DNA from: a virus
Taxonomy: Duplodnaviria; Caudoviricetes
IMG/VR virus record: IMGVR_UViG_3300033075_000275
Location: 15,873 to 79,872 of that record
Strand: one strand, 5' to 3'
Length of the DNA: 64,000 nt
Numbering within the stretch: position 1 is the stretch's first letter; every line of letters starts with the position of its first letter. Of the stretch, positions 21,529 to 31,373 are shown piece after piece. The position numbers were made by a program, and so were the translations under genes. Below the pieces are notes generated by a model, which was given only the letters and a program-made list of their open reading frames with translations, was not told where the DNA came from and did no database searches.

Positions 21529-24500
21529 TTATGGGTTTTTGTAGTTTCTATCTATTGACTGGAATACGGGAATCGTTAGACCCGCCGATCCCAAAATCTG
21601 ATTATCATATCTGATCCATTGGTATCCAACCTTTATCACAGTTATGAACACGTTCACATCGGAACCTGTCCATGTGTATGCATAATCAAATGTACTTCCT
21701 ATTGTACCTTCTGTTCCCGCTAATTCCAAACCATCTGATGTCCTATATACATGAATCTCAGAACCAGTAGAAAGACCATATAGTTGTAGGTTCGCCTCTA
21801 CCGTATCAAGCGGGTAAAGATTATCTTGCGAGGCTGCTGTAGTGCTTGTTGGTATAGTAATATACGTCAACCCCATGGTCTTTCCAGGCGTATCCGCCGT
21901 AATCCTAATTTTCAGCCCGAAACCAGTGGAAGCACTTATTGTCTCGGTTGGAAGCCTGTTGAATATCAACTGCTGATTTGAATTTGTAACGTCAGCAGTT
22001 TGTGACAATGTAATTTGAGTTGCCGAATCAATGGACTGAACTGTTACATCAGGCTTGACACCAGGAGCATATACATAATCGCCAGCCGCTATTCCTGCTG
22101 TGCTGACCATCGTAACAGTAGCGGAGCCCGAGGTCACGGCGCATCCCACTTTATATAGAACAAGATTTCGCCAAGAAGCATTGTAGCCAGTACCGGTATC
22201 AATTTTGTACTCAACCCGGACAAGACGGAACGCCGTACAGTTTCCAGATGTACCAGACCCGACCAATGAAATCGTATATGTATTCGCGGTCGGAACGGTG
22301 GCAATGGTATAAAGACCGTCCGGCAACGTACCAGAAGATGCGTCCAAAAATACCTGATCACCAGCAATTAGTCCATGGGCAGTAAATGTAACCGTCACAA
22401 CGCCTGCGGACCACGTATACGTGGATGCCTGTGAGACGGGGGCACCAGTTATTATTGCCGGAATGTTAGGAAATGCCGAATGACCGATAATCGTATATGG
22501 TGACTCTATAACGGCTTCATCATTGGCGGCTGGTAGCGATAAACTTGGGGTAGAGGTAAACTGGGCGGACCCGGCCAGCGTCACATACGAAGATGTTTCT
22601 GTGGTTGCCTCATTCATAGGGAAGTGCAATCTTCCTTGTGTAGTAAGTAGATCAGTCGGAGTAGAGGTCAGGTGTCGCCAAGAAATACAGTTTCCCGCTG
22701 TACCCGATCCGGCCAAATCAACTGTGAATGAGTTGGCCGCTGACGACCTAACCGTATAAACACCGCTCGCCGTTGCGCCACCAGAAGTAAAATCAAGATA
22801 CACCTTGTCGCCAACCACATATCCATGAGCAGTGAATGAAACCGTCACTACGTTACCAGACCACGTATAGGTGGATGCCCGCCGGAACCAATACGTAAAG
22901 CAGTCCCAAATATGGGTACCGTACACTGATGCGTTAGCGGCAGTCGTCAGCGTCGGCGCGTAGCAGCCCTTTACAGTTGCGTTGAGCGCAGCCACCGTGA
23001 GCGTGTAAGCGAGGTTTGTGGAGAGAGAGCGAGCCGATACCGATTCGTATATGACGTTTTTGTCAGTATTAGTATCGGTGATGAGAGATGTCCTAATGGA
23101 GTTCAGATAACACCGTTGCAATTTGATGCTTGAATTATTACCACCGGAGACGTAGATCGAGGCAGGTTGGGCAGTGTTGACCGTTGCGCTGCTCAGCGGG
23201 GTCGTCCGCGTTCCAACATTTCTCATGGTGATCCGGTCGCACGATGTCACATTGAAGAATCCTGCATATGGATGAACGTCTGAGACTGTATTGCTGTACC
23301 CACAGGTGACGCCCTTGATGGCGATATCCGCGCATTTAGTAATGATTGCAAACGCATACGTAGCAGATGTGACGTTAGTTCGTCCAATGAAGCGGTCAAC
23401 ATGGTCATAATCGTTGACCTCGATGTTTGCACATGTTGTCATCGTGAACGCTCCGCCGTTGATGCCACGGCAGTCAGTGAACGTCAGATTACGGCAAAGT
23501 GATACGTTCCACGATACACCACTGGACCGCGCAAACTGGATAATTCCCGCTTCGCAATTGATGAAGGTTTGTCCGGCACACAAGGAGAGTGTAACGGCAT
23601 GGTCGTTGGTGCCTGGGGTGTTGCCGCGAAAGAACTTCCAGCCTTCAATTGTCCCGCCTGCAAAGCACGACGTAAGAGTAAAGGTTACTAAGTCAAGTGC
23701 CTGGTTCATCGAAACGCCGCCGTCGAGCATATCAATGGCAGTAGCACACTCCGAGATAGCCATTGCGTCGTACCCGGCCGCTACGTGTCGCAGTCTGATG
23801 GAGTACGGCTGCGAGAAATTGTAATACCAGTCTGAGTAAGCGTACTCATGATCTATAGTTCCAGCACCAGTGGTGGTGAAAGTCGGGCGCGAGGTGTGGG
23901 TCGCGTGAGGGCGTGCGTTGGTGGCGCGAGCCGCTGTCGTACACTGACGCATGATGACATTGGGGATTCGTACCTTGCATCCAGCAGGAGGAACATCACC
24001 GATGGTGACGTTCATCGTGACGTTTCCGGTATCCGATGTGCCTATCCCTGTATCGACGTAGAAATAATCGGTAACTGCGGTATGCAGGATGGTATACGTC
24101 CCATCAACACCGGCACCGGACGTGAAATCTAGCGCGACCTTGTTACCGAGCGACATTCCGTGAGCGGTGAGGCTGCACCGGAGTCGGGACACACTCACAT
24201 TGCCTGAAGTGCCCGCTCCCGGCATGGCAACAGTGAAGTTGTTGGCACCCGTCACAGTCTCGATGGTGTACGTTCCGTCAACACCGGAACCTGACGTGAA
24301 GTCAAAGTACAGAGTCTCGCCCGCGTTAAGTGCATGGCCAGTAATAGTAACGGTCAGAATGTTATTTGCCCAGTTATATGTTCCGGATTGCGTCCAGGCA
24401 AGGTACGTTCCAGAGACGCTGTACGACTGACCGATTTGAAGTTGTCCACTTCCCAGGTCCTTGACGAAACGTTGACGACGGTCTGTCCCACCAGCAGGCC

Positions 24501-25215
24501 CGCCCAAATGCGTGTGGAGCCAGCCGTTCGCAGAGGCTGCGGTAAGCGCAGGCCAATACTCGTACTCATCACTGCCTGGTGCAGTTTCGATCCACACGCC
24601 AGGACAGTAGGTGTTTGCACCACCACCGTTGGTAGGTATTTGGAGTACCTGTCCAACTGATCCACTAGTATTGTCTAGATAGAACCAATCACCACGAACC
24701 TGATGCCCGGTTCCCTTTCGGGACACTGTAATTGCAGTTGATTGATCCTGAACGACCTCGATCCAACCAGTTACATCTGCTCCGGTAGCACTAGCACCGA
24801 TACCAGACAAGGCACCCGCTGTGTAGGCCCCACCGGTTACTTCACGCAATTTTATGAATCCGTCTGCTGGCATAGCGCCACCGGCAGCACTAGGAGCAGA
24901 TGTTAATGTATCCCATACACCAAGAAGGTATCCTGACACTCCGCCCTGCGTAATAGACGTACCAATCGACGGAACATTCCCAGTTCCAGTATTATATGGC
25001 AGCCAGCGTACATTTCTTCCATCAATAAGGATTCCACCACCGAGGGTGGCAGAAACAGTTTGGGCTCCAAGCGATCCCGTCATGGATGCAGGACTTCCAG
25101 CGTGCCAACGTGTGTCAGTACGTATTGTTAGTTTTCCACCGTTGCATGTCCAAGCCTCACCGGCTGCTCTAGCCGTACCATCGTCAAGATATGTGTCTAC
25201 TGTGATTGTAGCCAT
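21529..25215 (-). CDS. Tail fibre / receptor-binding protein with beta-helix region and four internal ~60-aa repeats
   Basis: 1228 aa; repeats TYxW..VTV..TAHG..GD.V.LDFTSG...G.YT.; Cys-containing right-handed beta-helix-like region. Confidence 0.7.
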   Translation of the reverse strand: MATITVDTYLDDGTARAAGEAWTCNGGKLTIRTDTRWHAGSPASMTGSLGAQTVSATLGGGILIDGRNVRWLPYNTGTGNVPSIGTSITQGGVSGYLLGVWDTLTSAPSAAGGAMPADGFIKLREVTGGAYTAGALSGIGASATGADVTGWIEVVQDQSTAITVSRKGTGHQVRGDWFYLDNTSGSVGQVLQIPTNGGGANTYCPGVWIETAPGSDEYEYWPALTAASANGWLHTHLGGPAGGTDRRQRFVKDLGSGQLQIGQSYSVSGTYLAWTQSGTYNWANNILTVTITGHALNAGETLYFDFTSGSGVDGTYTIETVTGANNFTVAMPGAGTSGNVSVSRLRCSLTAHGMSLGNKVALDFTSGAGVDGTYTILHTAVTDYFYVDTGIGTSDTGNVTMNVTIGDVPPAGCKVRIPNVIMRQCTTAARATNARPHATHTSRPTFTTTGAGTIDHEYAYSDWYYNFSQPYSIRLRHVAAGYDAMAISECATAIDMLDGGVSMNQALDLVTFTLTSCFAGGTIEGWKFFRGNTPGTNDHAVTLSLCAGQTFINCEAGIIQFARSSGVSWNVSLCRNLTFTDCRGINGGAFTMTTCANIEVNDYDHVDRFIGRTNVTSATYAFAIITKCADIAIKGVTCGYSNTVSDVHPYAGFFNVTSCDRITMRNVGTRTTPLSSATVNTAQPASIYVSGGNNSSIKLQRCYLNSIRTSLITDTNTDKNVIYESVSARSLSTNLAYTLTVAALNATVKGCYAPTLTTAANASVYGTHIWDCFTYWFRRASTYTWSGNVVTVSFTAHGYVVGDKVYLDFTSGGATASGVYTVRSSAANSFTVDLAGSGTAGNCISWRHLTSTPTDLLTTQGRLHFPMNEATTETSSYVTLAGSAQFTSTPSLSLPAANDEAVIESPYTIIGHSAFPNIPAIITGAPVSQASTYTWSAGVVTVTFTAHGLIAGDQVFLDASSGTLPDGLYTIATVPTANTYTISLVGSGTSGNCTAFRLVRVEYKIDTGTGYNASWRNLVLYKVGCAVTSGSATVTMVSTAGIAAGDYVYAPGVKPDVTVQSIDSATQITLSQTADVTNSNQQLIFNRLPTETISASTGFGLKIRITADTPGKTMGLTYITIPTSTTAASQDNLYPLDTVEANLQLYGLSTGSEIHVYRTSDGLELAGTEGTIGSTFDYAYTWTGSDVNVFITVIKVGYQWIRYDNQILGSAGLTIPVFQSIDRNYKNP

Positions 25216-25658
25216 TATGGACCGTATACGAGCAAGGCACGGCTATCCCATGCATGGGTAAACTCAGCCGTACCGCCCGCCCAATCAACTTTTGTGCTAG
25301 AGCCACTTTCGGTGATCCTGCGTATACGCCAAAATGATTGGCTGGTCGCCGTGCCGGGAGCGGCCTGGCCAACATACGTAATGCCTGGTGTACTCATATC
25401 AACTTCTACGTCATATACCATTTCTTCCTCCGAAGTCGGCGCCTCTATGATTATTGGCTTGCCGGTGATCATATCCATCGTGTATTCGTAAGCGTAGATA
25501 ACTAGATTATCTCCATTTACAATTTCTATCTCTTCACCGTCGAATTCGTTGAACAGCATGAACGCTATCGGTTCTTCTACAGACAGAAATGTCTGGATGC
25601 TGTCAGTATCCTCAAATTCGACGGTTACCAGCGAACCATCTACTAGAAGGTCATCCAT
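25215..25658 (-). CDS. Virion structural protein
   Basis: 147 aa, YVGQAAPG..WRIRRI..WAGG..F...WD.RA motif seen in phage structural genes. Confidence 0.6.
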   Translation of the reverse strand: MDDLLVDGSLVTVEFEDTDSIQTFLSVEEPIAFMLFNEFDGEEIEIVNGDNLVIYAYEYTMDMITGKPIIIEAPTSEEEMVYDVEVDMSTPGITYVGQAAPGTATSQSFWRIRRITESGSSTKVDWAGGTAEFTHAWDSRALLVYGP

Positions 25659-26026
25659 GTCGAACTCTCCTTTACTAACACCTTCCCGTCAAGGGGGCAT
25701 AGCGTTGGTGAGTCATCTTTGTATAGGAATAAATCAAAATAACCAACTCTAAATCTGAACTCTTTTGTCACTATATCGTCTATCTCAACAGCCACGGAGC
25801 CCTCCAAAGCATTTATGGTTATAGAGCCTCCCTGATCATACTCAGAGTCAAGAAAAGTATCAATATGACAGTATATTGGTGAAAACTCCGATCCGGCCTG
25901 TTTCCGTATCTGTAGGACAGCATTATATCCAGTAAGCACAAAGGGCGACCCATCGGAATTCTTCAACCTCAATGAAAACCGATATGTCGCCCCTTGCTTT
26001 ACTATAAGATTAACAGTCTTTGCCAT
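25643..26026 (-). CDS. Virion structural protein (BppU-N-like Ig fold)
   Basis: 127 aa, LIVKQGATY...LTGY.A..QIRK motif; leaderless promoter. Confidence 0.6.
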   Translation of the reverse strand: MAKTVNLIVKQGATYRFSLRLKNSDGSPFVLTGYNAVLQIRKQAGSEFSPIYCHIDTFLDSEYDQGGSITINALEGSVAVEIDDIVTKEFRFRVGYFDLFLYKDDSPTLCPLDGKVLVKESSTWMTF

Positions 26027-26061
26027 GTTGACATTATATCAACATGACGGAAAAGATGCAA

Positions 26062-26679
26062 CTATCTAGGACCCGCGAAAACTCTCGCTGGCCGAATACC
26101 TCTAGGCACAACTATCTTCTCACCTGGCTTGGCCTGGCGAGTATTTAACCATGGGTTGTATGACACGATCCTGGCTGCACTGGTACCTAGTTGAGCAGCA
26201 ATTAGTCCCGGCCCAATTGGGGTTCTACCCTCGACCTTTACGGTGATATGAGCAACTCCACCATTTTCTACCCATGGGGCTGCTACTACGGCTAAGGCCT
26301 TTGCTTCAAGATACGCTGGTGTCTGATCCCGCCAGGCGTACCATGCAGACCAGTTGGTACCCTTTCTGGAAAGTTCATATGTCTTTTCACCACAAATCCA
26401 TGGATTATATGCCTGTGCGTCGGTAACATATGGCTCATCTGATTGCTCATATCCTTCTGGACCGTGCCAGTATTTAGATATCTGCCATAAACCACGATCC
26501 TCTGATGGTTTTCCGTTGGCCATTAGACTATTTGTAAATTGCTCTGAATCAAACGACGACTCTCCGCCAGCGACCGCAACTGCTTCAACTAGGGCATTGC
26601 CCCTGAATCCAGCATTATATGCCACGAATGCCACTTGTTTTGATGATAGGTAAAACTTTGGATAATATAATATCTTCAT
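26062..26679 (-). CDS. Lysozyme-like transglycosylase with C-terminal LysM-like domain (lysin component)
   Basis: AVAVAGGESS (catalytic E), DRGLWQIS, NWSAW motifs; LysM-like IVSYNPWL..PGEKIVVP. Confidence 0.75.
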   Translation of the reverse strand: MKILYYPKFYLSSKQVAFVAYNAGFRGNALVEAVAVAGGESSFDSEQFTNSLMANGKPSEDRGLWQISKYWHGPEGYEQSDEPYVTDAQAYNPWICGEKTYELSRKGTNWSAWYAWRDQTPAYLEAKALAVVAAPWVENGGVAHITVKVEGRTPIGPGLIAAQLGTSAARIVSYNPWLNTRQAKPGEKIVVPRGIRPARVFAGPR

Positions 26680-26683
26680 TGTT

Positions 26684-27289
26684 TCACCTCCTGGGTCCAG
26701 CATAAACTGGAACTGCTTTTACATCTAACGGAAGTACGAGTACAGTACCAGGCTTGATCCTGGCTGGTAACCCGCCATTAAATACATCGAATCGCGCCAG
26801 GCTCATTCCTAGTTGCTTGGCCGCTGCACTATGAGTAACGGGGGTCCTTCCAATGACGGTTGTGTAATGACGGCGTGGATTCACGGCTTCGCTCTTTAGA
26901 TTAATTGATCCGCTGGGAGTCCAATCAACCCATCCACGGAATCTATATCCCCATGCGTCCTCAAATGTGTTCCATCTCACAACATCAATCTTCCCGCGCC
27001 TTAGAATATCATTAGAATACACGTAACCATTGTCAATGGCGAATGTGACATGGCCATATCCATATGACGTTGGGCCATAATACACTAACGATCCTGCTGG
27101 TGGTGGGGTTGAAGAATGCTTATGGTTCGACGGAATAGCATTATAGGCAAGGCGGGCGCTGGCAGCCCAGGCGTCGGCGCCCACGCATTGTCTAGAGAAT
27201 GCCTGACATAAATTATCCCAACTCTGAGTCGGGTGGCGGCGCTGGCCTTCTGCGAAGGCAACTGCCTGACTATACGTTCTCATCCTCAT
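26684..27289 (-). CDS. CHAP/NlpC-P60-like peptidoglycan peptidase with C-terminal LysM-like domain
   Basis: LCQAF (Cys), GYGHV (His), LysM-like tail; start at 27289 or 27283. Confidence 0.75.
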   Translation of the reverse strand: MRMRTYSQAVAFAEGQRRHPTQSWDNLCQAFSRQCVGADAWAASARLAYNAIPSNHKHSSTPPPAGSLVYYGPTSYGYGHVTFAIDNGYVYSNDILRRGKIDVVRWNTFEDAWGYRFRGWVDWTPSGSINLKSEAVNPRRHYTTVIGRTPVTHSAAAKQLGMSLARFDVFNGGLPARIKPGTVLVLPLDVKAVPVYAGPRR

Positions 27290-27353
27290 CCTCTTCTATG
27301 TCCGGTAGTACCGGAGCATAATCATCTTGTATTTCTTCTACTGGCTGAGTCAT
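27270..27353 (-). CDS. Acidic micro-ORF MTQPVEEIQDDYAPVLPDIEEDEDENV
   Basis: 27 aa, AGGTGG RBS, 2 nt after upstream stop. Confidence 0.4.
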   Translation of the reverse strand: MTQPVEEIQDDYAPVLPDIEEDEDENV

Positions 27354-27355
27354 GC

Positions 27356-27406
27356 TTATCCACCTGATTTCTTTTTCTTCGGCTTGCTCTTAGGCTTGCA
27401 CGCCAT
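27356..27406 (-). CDS. Basic micro-ORF MACKPKSKPKKKKSGG
   Basis: 16 aa, GGAG RBS, downstream of TGaTATCAT -10 near 27466. Confidence 0.4.
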   Translation of the reverse strand: MACKPKSKPKKKKSGG

Positions 27407-27426
27407 GTTATGCTCCCCTGATTTTG

Positions 27427-29364
27427 TCATACTGCGGAATCCTCCGCTTGTGTCAAATCTATGATATCACAACTTCCGGCAACACAGGCAAGTTCCTGTG
27501 ATCCAGTCGTCATATCCTCAGTCTCATACAGCGAGAGAGCATCCCATTGAATCGTCTTAGGTGTTCTGGCAACCCACTCGTCATATTCTTCTCTGGTTAT
27601 CTCGATATATGGAGCCTGCTGATATACATGATCATCATATGGAAGGAAGGAGATTCCACCAACATCGTCCCAATTCTCATTCACCCAGGCCGCTACGTCC
27701 AGCCATTCATTTTCTCTGACGTTGACGGTGATGCTTGGATTGTGTTCTGTCCAGAACTTCTTATATGTTTTCCAGATATTCAAGTGTTCTATAGCGGTCA
27801 GATCAGCCCTGGTGATAGAACCTTCCGGGGCTGCCTTCGGGAAATAGAACACGGTCGCACTAGTCGGACGCATCACATCAGGCTCCCAATAAACGCCAGA
27901 ATCCTTCAAGAACACCGTCAGCGGGTCCTTGTTGTCTGCTCGTACTGTACGAATGTAATACTGTGAGTGCCATGGATGCATACCGCTGCTGACCCCGGCC
28001 AACTGGCTTACCGTGCCGGAAGGCTTTACAGTGGTGATTGCGGCTGACGTTGGAATGCCGAGCAGCCCCGCCCATTCCTCATTTGTTGAGATTGCAACAG
28101 ACTTTAAACTTGACAATGTATTTTCTAGTTCAGAAAGTCCATTATGTCCATTTAGTAACTTGTTGCCGAATTGTCCAGTAAGTGAAACTCCGAGGAGACG
28201 TTCTTCCTCGGTGTTATCACGCCAAATCTTACGAATATACTTGAAATTGGTGAGCGTTGATTGCCAAGTTCCAAGAATCGTCGTCAGTTCTACTTTTCTT
28301 TTAAGACTGACAGCATCGTCAGATTCCTTGACGATAACCTCCGAGAGATTACAGAACTGATAGGCTCTGAGGTTAATCTCTCCACAAGGATTTGTTCCAG
28401 CAATCTTGGTTCCATCGCGGCGCGGGGCGCTGCGCTGAGCCATCTCCCTATTGAAAATGCCACGTTCGCCAGACTTAGATTCATATAGGTTTCCCCACTC
28501 TCTGATAAATTGCCCGGTGCTTGGCTTTGTTGTATATACTGCTGAATTGTTTGCAAGACTACGTTGACTGTTGATGTTCCACCAAGCACCAGACTTCGCC
28601 TTCGCCATCTCAAAATCTTCAAGATCAGATAGTGAAATCATTGCTGATCTACGCACCCCGCCGACCACGACAACCTCACCGATCTTGCACATTAGATCAT
28701 GCGCCTCGATTGGCTTCAATTGACGCCCGGCTGCGGCCTTGAATGTCTTTACTGCAAACTTGAATAGATCGACCAGTGGTTCCGGTCCAGACGCGCGACC
28801 TCCGAACGTTTCCAGCCTAGCCCCAGCAGGCCTGACGCGAGAAACGTCCCACTCTGGAATCTGGCCCTGCCATAGCAAAGCCAGTAATTCTCTTAGGCCC
28901 CTAGCCCAACCGGCCTTTGAATCCTCGATCACCAATGTTGTATTTGTCTGCTCAAAATGTTCGTTGACCACTGGAAGTTTCTCGATGTACTGAGATTCAA
29001 CTGAGAATCCAACTCCGGTTCCACACATCAGAATATACATTGCTTCATCAAATGATCTTGGGCTGTCCACCGGAATGAATGAACAGTTGTATGCTGCAAC
29101 ATGATCACGGGCCAGGGCGGGTCCAGCGGTCATAATGGCACGCATGGAGGGAACGATATCTCTGTTGAAGATCGCCGCCCTGATTTCTTCAACGAGGCTG
29201 CGGTCGATAGCCACGCCATAATTCTTTTCTACGTGCTTGACCATGAAATCGACATAACGATCCACGGACTCGCCCCACGTCTCACGGCGATTTTCTGCTT
29301 TAAGCCATCTTGCGTACCTGCTAACGGCAATAAAGTTTTCGAACGGTGTTTCAATGCTTGACAT
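27427..29364 (-). CDS. nrdJ: Class II (adenosylcobalamin-dependent) ribonucleotide reductase
   Basis: 645 aa; PSMRA, AYNCSF, GGVRRSAMISL, TNPCGEI, TTVKPSGTVS, EHNPS motifs; no nrdB in window. Confidence 0.92.
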   Translation of the reverse strand: MSSIETPFENFIAVSRYARWLKAENRRETWGESVDRYVDFMVKHVEKNYGVAIDRSLVEEIRAAIFNRDIVPSMRAIMTAGPALARDHVAAYNCSFIPVDSPRSFDEAMYILMCGTGVGFSVESQYIEKLPVVNEHFEQTNTTLVIEDSKAGWARGLRELLALLWQGQIPEWDVSRVRPAGARLETFGGRASGPEPLVDLFKFAVKTFKAAAGRQLKPIEAHDLMCKIGEVVVVGGVRRSAMISLSDLEDFEMAKAKSGAWWNINSQRSLANNSAVYTTKPSTGQFIREWGNLYESKSGERGIFNREMAQRSAPRRDGTKIAGTNPCGEINLRAYQFCNLSEVIVKESDDAVSLKRKVELTTILGTWQSTLTNFKYIRKIWRDNTEEERLLGVSLTGQFGNKLLNGHNGLSELENTLSSLKSVAISTNEEWAGLLGIPTSAAITTVKPSGTVSQLAGVSSGMHPWHSQYYIRTVRADNKDPLTVFLKDSGVYWEPDVMRPTSATVFYFPKAAPEGSITRADLTAIEHLNIWKTYKKFWTEHNPSITVNVRENEWLDVAAWVNENWDDVGGISFLPYDDHVYQQAPYIEITREEYDEWVARTPKTIQWDALSLYETEDMTTGSQELACVAGSCDIIDLTQAEDSAV

Positions 29365-29430
29365 AAATCCTCCTACCGCTAGCGCGGCTTTTCTTTAAAG
29401 TGTGTTTCCTTCTAGTATAGCACCGGGTTT

Positions 29431-30429
29431 TCATGGGATAGAAAGTTGTGAGAATCTTTTGACCAGCGGCCTGAATGCTGCTTCCGTCAATCTGTCCCAA
29501 TCATATGTCTCATGCACGGCTGGCGCCTGTGCGTAGAACATATTTGCATAATGAGTGTAGTTATCAGCCACAGTACGCATCAATGTCACAAGATGGTCGG
29601 TGGACGGCTCGCACATTTTCCCGGGATGTTCTTTTGGCCATCTACTGTTCGCTGGCCTGGAATCAATACCAAGATCAAGTAGGTAGTCCGAGTAAGCCGC
29701 CCAGGCAGCGGTGCAGATCACCGGCATTCCGGTCGCCAATCCCTGCAATGGGATGAAGCCGAAGCCCTCTCCCCATGAAGGATACACCAGAACGTCATGC
29801 ATATGATACAAACTCAATAATTCTTCCTGCGAAACCTCTTCCGTGATCAATTTGATATTTGGGGCGGAGGTTATCGGGCCGAGGATACTTCCGTAATGAT
29901 CATATAGTCTGGTTGTGTTAACGTCATGGGCTTTGATCGTCAGACTTACATCTGATCTGTTGCCGAATGCTTTTCTGAAAGCATTTACTGTGGTTTGCCC
30001 GCCCTTGCGGCTGGCTGGCTCTCCGATGTGCAGGAATCTTATCCTTGTATCAGGCTCGCGTAGTTGTGGAGTCCAAAATTCCTCAATACCATGCTCGTAG
30101 ACTTTAATGGGAACAGATACTCCGTTGTTCCTAAATACATCAGCACACCAGGGGGAGGTAGTCCAAAATTCATCAAGGTTATTGATTTCAGGCAGCCAGG
30201 TATCAGGCAATTCGGTGGACTCCCATGGAGTGTATCCAATCTTGTACTGATTCTCGTAGAAGAAATAGTATTCCGGTTGGACGAACGACAGTTGCACCAG
30301 AGCGGTCGGGTCCTCTAGTACGACCTTATGACCAATTCTCTGTAATGCACGTATGATATTGTAACCAGCATAACCATATCCTACACTAGTGTTATAGTTA
30401 CCAGGATCAGTAGAGTAAGATACTTTCAT
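29431..30429 (-). CDS. GT-B (family 4-like) glycosyltransferase
   Basis: DVLVYPSWGEGFGFIPLQGLATGMPVI signature. Confidence 0.88.
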   Translation of the reverse strand: MKVSYSTDPGNYNTSVGYGYAGYNIIRALQRIGHKVVLEDPTALVQLSFVQPEYYFFYENQYKIGYTPWESTELPDTWLPEINNLDEFWTTSPWCADVFRNNGVSVPIKVYEHGIEEFWTPQLREPDTRIRFLHIGEPASRKGGQTTVNAFRKAFGNRSDVSLTIKAHDVNTTRLYDHYGSILGPITSAPNIKLITEEVSQEELLSLYHMHDVLVYPSWGEGFGFIPLQGLATGMPVICTAAWAAYSDYLLDLGIDSRPANSRWPKEHPGKMCEPSTDHLVTLMRTVADNYTHYANMFYAQAPAVHETYDWDRLTEAAFRPLVKRFSQLSIP

Positions 30430-30517
30430 TATGTACTTCCTATTATGATATAAATACTATCTTCTTCTAGTATAAAGAACATCGTAGCACAGGTTGCGCC
30501 ATGATACAATTAGTTCC

Positions 30518-30754
30518 ATGAGAATCCAATTGATTAACGCCTACCTAAATTTGATGGATGAGGGCAAGGCACCGCTCGTCCGCTGTGGAAGTGACGTAAA
30601 TCACCCTCGCGTCCAGGCCAGATTGACCGATACAGAGGAAATTGAACTCTGGTGCCTCGCCTGTAACTGGAAAATGAGGCCGGGAGTGCATACCTACGAG
30701 TCAATGAGACAGATTTTAGGCCTGTACGACGTGAGATGGCTCACATTCGTTTAG
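30518..30754 (+). CDS. Hypothetical Zn-ribbon protein
   Basis: WCLACNW motif; TGaTACAAT -10 just upstream; first gene of rightward block. Confidence 0.65.
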   Translation: MRIQLINAYLNLMDEGKAPLVRCGSDVNHPRVQARLTDTEEIELWCLACNWKMRPGVHTYESMRQILGLYDVRWLTFV

Positions 30755-30791
30755 CGTTGCCCTAGAGAAAAAATGATGCTAGACTAGTCGG

Positions 30792-31352
30792 ATGGCTAAA
30801 TTTAGCAAGGTAGCAACCCCCGTTGTAGCCCTTCTTGCGACCATCGTAATATTTATTGCGATGTTCGTATCGGTACCTACAGCCCAGGGTAGCACCCCAG
30901 TAAATCAAACCACCGCTATGATAGATGACTCTGCTAAGCCTGTTCCGCCGAGGCCCGCGCCTCGCGCTAGCAGGGCTCAAATCAGAGCAGCGGTATTCCC
31001 CAATTTGCACAAGGCTTCACCAGCAAGATCGAAAGCCTATGCAAAGTTCTATATCAATTGGAGATACAAGTGGGGATATGAACAATTCAAGTGCTTGGTT
31101 CCTCTTTGGGAGCGCGAGAGCGGTTGGACATATAATTCATATGATCCGGCCCAGGGAAATCGTATGGCTGGTGGTGTCCGTAGAACGTGGGGCATCCCCC
31201 AGGCCAATCCCGGCACAAAAATGGCTAGCGAAGGAAAAGACTGGCGGACCAACACGGCCACCCAAATAAGGTGGGGTGCCAAATATATCAAAAAAACCTA
31301 TAAAACACCGTGCAATGCGCTAGCCTTTTGGAATAACCACCATTGGTACTAG
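30792..31352 (+). CDS. Exported lytic transglycosylase (SLT/Rpf-like)
   Basis: N-terminal signal/TM segment; CLVPLWERESGW, GIPQA, TQIRWG..YI...Y..PC motifs. Confidence 0.8.
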   Translation: MAKFSKVATPVVALLATIVIFIAMFVSVPTAQGSTPVNQTTAMIDDSAKPVPPRPAPRASRAQIRAAVFPNLHKASPARSKAYAKFYINWRYKWGYEQFKCLVPLWERESGWTYNSYDPAQGNRMAGGVRRTWGIPQANPGTKMASEGKDWRTNTATQIRWGAKYIKKTYKTPCNALAFWNNHHWY

Positions 31353-31373
31353 GAGTATGATATACATAGATGT

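Noticed and set aside
27278-27289. Met-Arg-Met as a lambda-S-type dual start
   Set aside because: The protein is a soluble CHAP-like enzyme, not a holin; the GAGGATG repeat is explained by the overlapping acidic ORF and RBS
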